From a virus (Duplodnaviria; Caudoviricetes): a DNA stretch of 24,955 nt. The translations under genes and the position numbers were made by a program. The first letter of the stretch is position 1, and the number at the start of each line of letters is the position of its first letter. Positions 7,938-16,568 of this stretch are shown piece after piece. Below the pieces are notes generated by a model. That model did not search any database, was not told the DNA's origin, and saw only the letters and a program-made list of their open reading frames with translations. The DNA lies in IMG/VR virus record IMGVR_UViG_3300033067_000776, positions 1 to 24,955 of that record. The stretch is one strand, 5' to 3'.

Positions 7938-8773
7938 TAAAAACTCCTATAACGCAGGTGCTTTTAACTATTCCAAAAGCACTTCAAGACGAAATCACAC
8001 TTGATTCCGGCTTAAAACTGTACATTAGTCCAGATTATTCAAAAGAATGGCAAGCTGCCGTAACAGCCACGATTGCCGCACTCCCATTAAAAGTTAGTAA
8101 AAAAGACGAGGCCATAATTTCTCAACTTCAAGTTGGGGATGAGGTGGCTATGTCTTATCAGGTAGTTGCAGATTTTGAATTTAGGGGAGATGGCAAGCAG
8201 TTTATGCCTACAACGGAAGATGATAGGTATGTAAAGGAATTTGTTAATGGAAAAGGCGAAACTGTAAGGGTGTATGGACTTGCTAAAAGAAGTGGGTTTA
8301 AGGGGCTTACATGGGTGGCTACTTATCAAAACAAAAAAAGAGAGGTAATTGATGGGATTCAGGGAAGCGAAGAAGAAGTCGAAAAATGGCTTTCCCAGTT
8401 CCCGTTTGGCAAAACAGATATTTATAGTTTTAATAATTTATTTGAATATAATGGTCGGGATTATTGGAAAGCCTACCCAACGGATATTTTTGCAAAGAAG
8501 GTAAAAGGGCATTGGGTAGCGGTTGGAGATAGGGTTTTGTGTAAACCACTTGAAGAAGAAGTTCCAAATGAAATACTACTAAGTATTAATCATAAGGAAA
8601 CGGTAAAAATCAGATACCAAGACAGGGCAGTTGTGGTTAGCGGCGGTAAAAAACTTAACTTAAAAAAGGGGCAAATTGTAAGTTTTGAATCCCGTCACTT
8701 GGAAAAATATAAATTTGACAATAAAGACTATTATTTAATCAACGAAAGGCTTGTTCAGGGGATTTGGAATTAA
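7934..8773 (+). CDS. Tandem GroES-like (two-domain) protein
   Basis: Domain 1 ITLDSGLKLYI...ATIAALP...LQVGDEV...YNGRDYW...DIFA with a long insert; domain 2 AVGDRVLCKP...AVVVSGG...LKKGQIVSF...DNKDYYLINERLVQG; TTG start. Confidence 0.7.
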   Translation: MVKTPITQVLLTIPKALQDEITLDSGLKLYISPDYSKEWQAAVTATIAALPLKVSKKDEAIISQLQVGDEVAMSYQVVADFEFRGDGKQFMPTTEDDRYVKEFVNGKGETVRVYGLAKRSGFKGLTWVATYQNKKREVIDGIQGSEEEVEKWLSQFPFGKTDIYSFNNLFEYNGRDYWKAYPTDIFAKKVKGHWVAVGDRVLCKPLEEEVPNEILLSINHKETVKIRYQDRAVVVSGGKKLNLKKGQIVSFESRHLEKYKFDNKDYYLINERLVQGIWN

Positions 8774-8783
8774 AAAGTAAGCA

Positions 8784-9425
8784 ATGGCAAGAACAATCAA
8801 TGATTTGTACAATATTTCTGTTTACATTGTCAGGAAAGAACGTGGCATTTTCCTGAAGGTCGCTGATTTCAACCAAAACATGGATGCGGGAATATTAGAT
8901 GCTGTTGAGTTTTGGTTTAAGGGATATGGGGTAGACCAAGTGCTTCATGATGCGATTCGTCCATTAAGGGTTTATCAGCCATTTACAAGTAATAGCGGGG
9001 GTTTTGTAAATTATAATAGCAACTATATTCATCTATTGGGAAGTCCATTTACGGTTTATGGCTCTACGGTAACAAGCCTAAAGATGATTAATGAAGATGA
9101 GTTTGCAGACGCTATGACAAGCCAATTAAGAGCAATATCTAACGATTATCCAATAGCTATTGATACATCAACGGGCTTTTCTATTTACCCACAAACAACT
9201 CAAACAGGTGCTTATTGGTATTTGAGAAGACCAGTTGCCCCAACACTTGCTGTAACACAGGTAGGAAGGGCTGTTACCTACGATTCAGCAAACAGCGTTC
9301 AGGTCGAATTAAATGAAATGTATTGGAATAACGTAGTGGCAAGAGCATTAAAATATGCCGGAATTAACATGGATGAAAAGGGGGTTAGCGATTTTGCCAA
9401 TCAATTTGATGCAGAAACCAAATGA
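8784..9425 (+). CDS. Tail ring/tubular (head-tail connector) structural protein
   Basis: TINDLYN...IVRKE.G.F....FN N-terminus and YLRRPVAP motif typical of crAss-like/Bacteroidota podophage ring proteins; upstream of the stabilisation protein. Confidence 0.6.
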   Translation: MARTINDLYNISVYIVRKERGIFLKVADFNQNMDAGILDAVEFWFKGYGVDQVLHDAIRPLRVYQPFTSNSGGFVNYNSNYIHLLGSPFTVYGSTVTSLKMINEDEFADAMTSQLRAISNDYPIAIDTSTGFSIYPQTTQTGAYWYLRRPVAPTLAVTQVGRAVTYDSANSVQVELNEMYWNNVVARALKYAGINMDEKGVSDFANQFDAETK

Positions 9426-10069
9426 GTACCAAAAAAATAATAAGCGACCAAGTATTGCTAAAGCTATCAGGAGGCTTTGTAGATAATTCTTTCCCGGTTG
9501 ACGAGAGGGATATATGGAAGGCGTTAGAACAAAAAATTAATGATACATTTAAACTAAAGCATTTTTCTGAAACATTGCCTTCGGGAGAAACAATTCCTGA
9601 TTCAACGATGATTGCTACATATCCAAATAATACCGTAACATCAACAAGCAACGGGAAATCAACTACACCGCTTCCAATTAATCCAATATCGCTACCCAAG
9701 AACATGGGTATATTTTTGATTTACGACCCGAACAATCCCGATATAATGTTTATACCGCTTCAACGTGGGCAACTTTCATTATTAAAAGCTGATACACTTC
9801 TTAATGATTTAGGAGGACAGATTGGGTATGACGCAAAGAACAACATTATAACTTTTACAAAAGACTTAACTATGCTTGGCATATCAAGTGTAACGCAGGA
9901 ACTTTGTGTATTTGATATGTCGCAATATTCATCAACAGCAGTTTTGCCAATACCAGCAGATATGGAAGAAAAAATTATAATTGAATTGGTGCAAGAGTTT
10001 TCGCAGGTAACACCGGAATCTGGTATAGTAAACCCTATTACAAGCGCAAATCAAAAGGCTAACCAATGA
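9422..10069 (+). CDS. Tail ring/structural protein
   Basis: 215 aa; LPINPISLPKNMGI and LPIPADMEEKII motifs; translationally coupled within the tail cluster. Confidence 0.55.
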   Translation: MSTKKIISDQVLLKLSGGFVDNSFPVDERDIWKALEQKINDTFKLKHFSETLPSGETIPDSTMIATYPNNTVTSTSNGKSTTPLPINPISLPKNMGIFLIYDPNNPDIMFIPLQRGQLSLLKADTLLNDLGGQIGYDAKNNIITFTKDLTMLGISSVTQELCVFDMSQYSSTAVLPIPADMEEKIIIELVQEFSQVTPESGIVNPITSANQKANQ

Positions 10070-10839
10070 CAGTAACAAGCCTTGACCAAATAGTAAAAAA
10101 CATTCTGCTTAAACGCAGGTATCCCATACACTGGTATATTGACTTTCTTATCCCCGCTAAAGATTGTTTAAGAGAACTTTCTTTTGACTTACCACTAAAA
10201 ACATTGCGCTATCAAATACTAACTTTAAATTCAATAAACCAAGCAGAGCTACCAACTGATTATGTTGATTATGCAAGAGTATTTGTAAGAGTTGGTCAAT
10301 ATCTACATCCGCTTGTTGAAGAAAATTCATTAGATACCATTCCCAATTACGATAGCAATTTTACAGAACAGCCCTACACATCAGGAGTTGCTTCCATATC
10401 CACAACAACTAATAATTTATATACCGGATATGCTGCACCCTATTGGTATATGGTAAATTGGAATAGTTATGGAGAAAATACGGGAAGGCAATTTGGCGGT
10501 GTGGGTACAATGGCAGATACTTTTAAAATTGATACTACAAGAAATATTATTAAAATAAATGAGTATCTCAGCATAACAGAGGTTGTTCTTGTTTATATAG
10601 GGGATGGGTTAGATGCCGATTCGGCTACCCATATAAACGCCTATTGCCAAAGCTGTATTGAAGCGTATTGTATGTGGCAATTTAAAGAAAATAACAGAAC
10701 CTATTCCACCGGAGAGGCACAGGTAGCAAAACAAGAATATGATAAACAATACAATATTTTAAGGGCAAGGTTTTCGGATTTAGGATTAGACAAGTTTAAG
10801 AGAATTGCACAAGGAAATGCAATAGCAATAAAACAATAA
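10066..10839 (+). CDS. Tail ring/structural protein
   Basis: 257 aa; LRELSFD...LPTDYVDYARV...VVLVYIGDGL...LRARFS pattern of tail tubular-type proteins. Confidence 0.6.
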   Translation: MTVTSLDQIVKNILLKRRYPIHWYIDFLIPAKDCLRELSFDLPLKTLRYQILTLNSINQAELPTDYVDYARVFVRVGQYLHPLVEENSLDTIPNYDSNFTEQPYTSGVASISTTTNNLYTGYAAPYWYMVNWNSYGENTGRQFGGVGTMADTFKIDTTRNIIKINEYLSITEVVLVYIGDGLDADSATHINAYCQSCIEAYCMWQFKENNRTYSTGEAQVAKQEYDKQYNILRARFSDLGLDKFKRIAQGNAIAIKQ

Positions 10840-10840
10840 A

Positions 10841-11125
10841 ATGGTTTTTCAGGGCAATACAACCTCAACAGCAACAAGCACAGCAAAAACGATACCCGCA
10901 AGTATCGTTTCTTTTAGTATTGCAAATAAAACAGGGGGAAGTATTACGGCATCGGTTGGGATATTATATGGGAGTACGTTTTATATAATATACAATAAAT
11001 CTCTTGCAACGGGAGAAGGGTATGTATATCCCGGTCAGCCGATTACTCTACCAACTGGTTATCGTGTGTTTGTGAGTGTGTCGGGGAGCGCAGATTACTA
11101 TTTTAGCATAAAACCGAATGAATAA
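10841..11125 (+). CDS. Small beta-rich structural protein
   Basis: 94 aa, T/S/G/Y-rich with alternating hydrophobic strands; within the tail cluster. Confidence 0.5.
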   Translation: MVFQGNTTSTATSTAKTIPASIVSFSIANKTGGSITASVGILYGSTFYIIYNKSLATGEGYVYPGQPITLPTGYRVFVSVSGSADYYFSIKPNE

Positions 11126-11385
11126 TGGCTGCACCAGCAATAACATTAGGGGCGGGGCAAGTATTGATTACAAATTCTACAAGTGTTCTTGGTATTTATT
11201 CCGTTGACAATAAGGTGCAGTTCGGAACAGTAGCTTTGGTTAATGATTTATCAGATAAAGTAACAGTAAATGATTCTGTAATGTATGATAAGGACAAAGT
11301 GCAATCTACATTAATTTATGGAAGCACTTTATACCTTTTAATTGATGAAAAATATATTTCTGGTATAGAAACTGATTTACCATAA
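11125..11385 (+). CDS. Divergent GroES-fold protein
   Basis: 86 aa; LGAGQVLI...SVLGI...QFGTVALV...VTVNDSVMY...YGSTLYLLIDEKYISG follows the Cpn10 strand pattern; TAATG overlaps on both sides. Confidence 0.55.
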   Translation: MAAPAITLGAGQVLITNSTSVLGIYSVDNKVQFGTVALVNDLSDKVTVNDSVMYDKDKVQSTLIYGSTLYLLIDEKYISGIETDLP

Positions 11386-14300
11386 TGCTAATAGAAAAAC
11401 ATTCTTTTGACGGGGGTTGTGACGGCGATTCAAACCAAAGAGAGTTGCCGCCTAATGTTCTATTAAATCTTATGAACGCAAGGGTTGGGGTAACCCAATA
11501 TGGTAGAGATAAAAGAATTGAAAACATACCCGGCACAACCCAAACTACAAATAATAATATCCCTCCTTATGGTACAAATAAATACATAGGAAGTTGTGTA
11601 GATGAAGTAAGAAAGTATATACTTTTTTTTCTGTGTAATACGTTTTCTGACCATGCGATTTACTGTTATGATATTGCAAATGACATAACCTATGGTGTTT
11701 TGTATGACAGTCAGGTTACAGGAGGATTAGGCTTTTCAAATTCATATCGAATAGATAGAAATTGTAAGGTTGTTGGCGATTTGTTATATTGGACAGATAA
11801 TAATAATCAGCCAAGAAGAATTAACTATATCGCAGCAATTAAAACAAATCATCCCTCTTTTTCAACAACAGTTACTCCGTACACCAATCCCATAAGCCAA
11901 TCTGTTATTTCATGGATTAGAAGACCCTATGGGCTTCCAGTTAATGCTACAAAAATAGTGGCAGGCGTTACTACAAATTTTATAAAAACATTTGCAGGGC
12001 AATTTGCATCAGCTCTTATTTATAGAGACGGAGAGCCATCGGTTGTAAGCGTTCCATCTGCTATGATAAATTATAATTTAGAGACAGATACCTATGATGA
12101 TATACAGGTGACATTCCCTCTCGCAGAAATTTTTGACCAAGATGTTCAAATAATACAGTTATTAGTAAGATATGATAACAGCCCGGATTATTTTATTATA
12201 AAGCAATGGAATAAGGCTAATGCAACAGATTTAGCACAAATAAATGCACATAATAGTGGCATTACAAATCTGACTTATAATTTTTACAATGATTATAATG
12301 GAGATGCCTTTGGCAAAGCGGAATCGGTAAAACCTTTTGATAATATTGGGTTGACCGTAAAGACCATTGAATATGCTGATAATAAAATGTTTCAAGCAGG
12401 GTATATAAAGGGGTATAACACACCCACAACAACGTCTTTAAACTTCTCGTTAGTATCCGGTTCGGGAGCTACTGGTTATACGCAAATATGGAAATCATAT
12501 AGCACTTACCAATTAGCAATTCAATTTAGAGATAAATCAAAAAGAAAATGTTCTGTCGTTACAAACTCATCATTAATTGTCACTATACCAGATAGAACCA
12601 TATCTTTTAGTTCTTATACTACTGGAATAAACTGGGCGGTTTCAAACGCATTGGCTACAACGGAAATACCCGACTGGGCTTATTACTATGATATATTAAT
12701 TACAAAAAACCTTCGTACTCGAAACTTTTTTACTGCAAACGGCTTCCCAATCCAATATGCAAAAAAACAACCGGACGGTACATATATTTACCAAAATAAC
12801 TATGATGCTTTTGTAACTGGTATAGCCCTTTCTACAAACTTAATGAGTTCGGATGGTATAGGATATTTATTTACAGAAGGTAGTGGCGATACTGCCAGAA
12901 TTTATTTAGCATCTACTGCAACCGTATATTCTCTTCAAGTAATAGACCAAGATGCACAAAATATAATAGTGCAACCTCAAAACATAGGGAATGGGTTGTC
13001 GTCAGTCGGGGTTAGATATGAAATATATACTCCGTATCAAAAATTAGAGAATGAGCCATTTTACACTACTGGTCAATCCTTTACTATTACAAATCCAACA
13101 ACATCATCAAGGGTTTATTCAACAACATCAGGAATTATAAGCGGAGATGTATATAGGTGGTATGACCAATTATTAGAATTTATGTCTCCAAATAATAAGG
13201 TGAGATGGGATAGTTGGACTAATATTTATGGGGAAGGAAACAAGACTTCTTTGTTGGGGCAGGTAAACAAGATGGATTTTGTTAGTTGGAGTAATACGAA
13301 AATTGAAGGGGCGCAAGTAAATGGCTTGTCAACTTTCGATGCTCTTTCTGAAAAAGCAATATCTGGTATAGGGGGAATAAATAAATTACAGTTAGCTAAT
13401 AAAGTATCGGATTTAGGACAAGGAAACATTATGCTTGCTATTGGGGCAACCGAAATAGCCTCTTTATACATAGGTGAGGTAACCGTACAAGGGGCATCAA
13501 AAACGGCCTATATAGCAGAATCCGAAAGGGTAATAGGCTCTGTAAATGTATTAAATGGTAGTTATGGAACAATAAACCCGGAGAGTGTTGTTCAGTACTT
13601 AGGAATGGTTTTCGGATTTGATGCGAATAATGGAGTAATTTGGCAATATTCCCCCGCTGGCTTAGAGCCGGTAAGCAGGTACAAAATGACCCGTTTTTTC
13701 CAACAGTATGCAAAGGGATATTTAGCATCTTCAACAGGAAATTTGGATAATATCAATGGATTCCACCATATCCCATTTGGAATAGACCCATTTCATAAAG
13801 AACTTGTTTGTGGACTTCCCGGACTCATCTATTCAAACTATGCAAATACACTACCAAGCTATTCGAGCATTCCCTCTTATGCGACATCAATAATAAACAG
13901 ATTTGATATTTATGACCAGTTGCAAAAAGATATGTGCTATAAGTTTGAGGAAAATAAATGGGGTTCAAGCATGAACTATGGTGCAGAGGGTTACGAAACC
14001 GTAGAAAATGTGATGTATGGATGGAAAAACGGTAGAATGTGGAGTTTTAATACAAATACAACTAATTGGAATACTTTTTTTGGCACACAAGCCCCACTTA
14101 GAGTATGTTTCACAGGGAACATAAACCCCTCCTTGATGAAAGTGTTGAATAATATCGCTATTGAAGGGGATGGAACTATTCCTAATTTCACAGTAGCATT
14201 GACGGCTATACCAAATCAACAAATAACCGACCTTTCTTCCGCAGATACGGAAGTGGGGTCAACAGTGTTAAAATGGATGGTAAACGAAGGCGTAGCAGAG

Positions 14301-14513
14301 GCTTCGTTTTGGGCAGATAGACTATCCCCTAATAATAGTATAGGTGGTACGGCTGAACAAAAATTATTTACGGGCGACCCGTTAAGAGATTTTAGTATAT
14401 TTGTAATGGTAGAATACCAAGCATATACAGGTCTAATGTATGTTAATTATATAAATATTGGGTTTGATGTATCTAAGGGTATGAAAAACCTTATTAATGT
14501 AGTTAACTCATAA
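11385..14513 (+). CDS. Tail stabilisation/muzzle protein (P22 gp10-like, crAss muzzle-like)
   Basis: 1042 aa; N-terminal FDGGCDGDSNQRELPPNVLLNLMNAR, LLYWTDNNNQPRRIN, YGTINPESV; beta-propeller-like composition; follows the ring proteins. Confidence 0.75.
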   Translation: MLIEKHSFDGGCDGDSNQRELPPNVLLNLMNARVGVTQYGRDKRIENIPGTTQTTNNNIPPYGTNKYIGSCVDEVRKYILFFLCNTFSDHAIYCYDIANDITYGVLYDSQVTGGLGFSNSYRIDRNCKVVGDLLYWTDNNNQPRRINYIAAIKTNHPSFSTTVTPYTNPISQSVISWIRRPYGLPVNATKIVAGVTTNFIKTFAGQFASALIYRDGEPSVVSVPSAMINYNLETDTYDDIQVTFPLAEIFDQDVQIIQLLVRYDNSPDYFIIKQWNKANATDLAQINAHNSGITNLTYNFYNDYNGDAFGKAESVKPFDNIGLTVKTIEYADNKMFQAGYIKGYNTPTTTSLNFSLVSGSGATGYTQIWKSYSTYQLAIQFRDKSKRKCSVVTNSSLIVTIPDRTISFSSYTTGINWAVSNALATTEIPDWAYYYDILITKNLRTRNFFTANGFPIQYAKKQPDGTYIYQNNYDAFVTGIALSTNLMSSDGIGYLFTEGSGDTARIYLASTATVYSLQVIDQDAQNIIVQPQNIGNGLSSVGVRYEIYTPYQKLENEPFYTTGQSFTITNPTTSSRVYSTTSGIISGDVYRWYDQLLEFMSPNNKVRWDSWTNIYGEGNKTSLLGQVNKMDFVSWSNTKIEGAQVNGLSTFDALSEKAISGIGGINKLQLANKVSDLGQGNIMLAIGATEIASLYIGEVTVQGASKTAYIAESERVIGSVNVLNGSYGTINPESVVQYLGMVFGFDANNGVIWQYSPAGLEPVSRYKMTRFFQQYAKGYLASSTGNLDNINGFHHIPFGIDPFHKELVCGLPGLIYSNYANTLPSYSSIPSYATSIINRFDIYDQLQKDMCYKFEENKWGSSMNYGAEGYETVENVMYGWKNGRMWSFNTNTTNWNTFFGTQAPLRVCFTGNINPSLMKVLNNIAIEGDGTIPNFTVALTAIPNQQITDLSSADTEVGSTVLKWMVNEGVAEASFWADRLSPNNSIGGTAEQKLFTGDPLRDFSIFVMVEYQAYTGLMYVNYINIGFDVSKGMKNLINVVNS

Positions 14514-14531
14514 TTTTTAAACTTTTAACTG

Positions 14532-15122
14532 ATGGGATACTATAATTGGGCAAATAAACAGCTTGAACAGCTTCTTGCCAAAGACCCTACTTATACAAGA
14601 AGCAAGTTTCCGGGTATGCAACTTGGAATGGCAAATCAAACTATTAATTCCCGTATTCCGGGATCAGATAAGTTTGCAAGGAACATTATGTCTTCGGGGC
14701 AATCATCCTTTAATAGTGCCTCAAAATACGCCACAGATGCCTCACAGCTACTTGGTGTCAATGCGGGGATACAGGGGCAAACAGACCAATCTTTAGGCGA
14801 CTTACAGTTGCAGGAGGCTGATTGGAAGAAATTTGGTCTTCAAAATTTGAATCAAGCGTATGGAGTAAATGCTGCCGAAGACCAAAATGTATATGCAGAC
14901 CAACTTAGAAAATATGAAACAGAAGCACAGATAAGAGGGGCGCAGGCGGCTAATAAGTTGGCTAAAAGGCAAGCACTATGGAATACGGTTGGCGGGATTG
15001 TTAATCTTGGGTTAGGAGCTTTTACAGGCGGTGCGACTTCTGCTGCATCTGGAATAGGTAAAATGTTTAGTGGTAATAAGAATCCATCAGGCTCTTCAAA
15101 CTATAAGCCAGTTTATAAATAA
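14532..15122 (+). CDS. Putative ejection/pilot (internal virion) protein
   Basis: 196 aa, Q/A/N-rich helical body and Gly/Ala hydrophobic C-terminal segment LWNTVGGIVNLGLGAFTGGATSAASGIG; position after the muzzle gene. Confidence 0.6.
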   Translation: MGYYNWANKQLEQLLAKDPTYTRSKFPGMQLGMANQTINSRIPGSDKFARNIMSSGQSSFNSASKYATDASQLLGVNAGIQGQTDQSLGDLQLQEADWKKFGLQNLNQAYGVNAAEDQNVYADQLRKYETEAQIRGAQAANKLAKRQALWNTVGGIVNLGLGAFTGGATSAASGIGKMFSGNKNPSGSSNYKPVYK

Positions 15123-15134
15123 AAAGTAATACTG

Positions 15135-16568
15135 ATGCCACTCGATTTACATGGTTTTTATCCCAATAACGCTCCAAACCAATCTCTATTTAAAATAGCT
15201 GATACTTTGCAGGATAACACAAGGTATAAGCAAGAGGTAGATTATAGAAATCAAAAAGAAAAAGAGGCAAAGGCACAACAAAATAGACTTTTAAATCTTA
15301 GGGAAATAGACCAAGATACTGATTTGGCTAAATTTAAAACAGGAGAGCAAAGGATAGATGATTATACGCAAAAAGAATTAGCCAGTATTAAAAATAAGGC
15401 TCTTACGGAATATGTTGACCTTGACCCCGTAGAAGCAGAATATAAGCTATCTAATGATATGCAACAATTAATAAATTGGCATGGTGCTGTAAAATCAAAT
15501 ATAGATAAAATAAAAGAAGGGCTATCTGGATTTCAAAAAACATACTCTAATACAAACCCTCAAAAAGCACATGAACTTGCTTACTTAGAATTAGCTAATG
15601 ATTTTTTAGAAAAGGATGCTAATGGAAGTGTAATAAGAAGAGACCCTTCGTTAGTAAAATCAAGAGATTACATATCCGACCTAAATACTACTGAAAAATT
15701 AAGTCAAATCGTAGATGATGTGACCCCATTCTCAAAGTATATTCAATCTTTTAAGCCTCAAAAAAGTGGCGCAAAGGAATACACAAATAAAAATGGGTAT
15801 GCCGTAAAGCATGGATATACAGCCGAGGTAACCCCATTTTCAGAAATTGAAATAAATGAGGATGGGAAACCAATTGGGGTAAAATTAAAATCAGAAGACT
15901 TTAATTATAGGGATGGTGAAACCTTAAAAATGTTGCCAGAAAGCCAATTTGAACAAATGATGCAAGTTCCAGAAGTAAGGGCTTCAATAATTGGGATGTG
16001 GGCAAAGAACAAAGCTGATTTTGAATCTCAAACGGGTTCAAAAATAACTCCTGCTAACGAAGATAAAATGTTGCGTGGATTTTTATATGATGAAATAAAA
16101 AATAACAATCTTGACCAGCATTTTTTCAAACCAGATGATGCGGTAATAACGCCAAGAATAACCATAAATAATAATACCGGAAACCGTAGCCAAGATAGTA
16201 AAATAGACCTCACAGAGTATCCCGATGCGCCAAGCGGGGGCAAAGACATAACAGCATTAATGCAAGGGGTTGATGTAGTTAGTTTGGTTACGGGTAAAAA
16301 ATTTGCAGCCGAAAAAATAATTTACAACCCTTCCACACAAAGGATAACTGTTACCGACCCGGTTAGTCATAAGCCAGAAGAAATGAGTTTAACGACATTT
16401 ATTCAAAATGCAAAACCACAGAATCCGGCATCTGATATTAAGTTTTTGCAAGGGTTAAGAAATCCAATTACAGGAGCAAAGCCACAGCAGCCAAAGGATA
16501 TTAAGAATACAAGAGTAGCTCCGAAGTACAAAGGATTAGATAAAAACGGAAACCCAATATTTGAATAA
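15135..16568 (+). CDS. Putative internal virion/ejection protein
   Basis: 477 aa, helical N-terminal half, no cysteine, between the pilot-like gene and the large cargo gene. Confidence 0.5.
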   Translation: MPLDLHGFYPNNAPNQSLFKIADTLQDNTRYKQEVDYRNQKEKEAKAQQNRLLNLREIDQDTDLAKFKTGEQRIDDYTQKELASIKNKALTEYVDLDPVEAEYKLSNDMQQLINWHGAVKSNIDKIKEGLSGFQKTYSNTNPQKAHELAYLELANDFLEKDANGSVIRRDPSLVKSRDYISDLNTTEKLSQIVDDVTPFSKYIQSFKPQKSGAKEYTNKNGYAVKHGYTAEVTPFSEIEINEDGKPIGVKLKSEDFNYRDGETLKMLPESQFEQMMQVPEVRASIIGMWAKNKADFESQTGSKITPANEDKMLRGFLYDEIKNNNLDQHFFKPDDAVITPRITINNNTGNRSQDSKIDLTEYPDAPSGGKDITALMQGVDVVSLVTGKKFAAEKIIYNPSTQRITVTDPVSHKPEEMSLTTFIQNAKPQNPASDIKFLQGLRNPITGAKPQQPKDIKNTRVAPKYKGLDKNGNPIFE

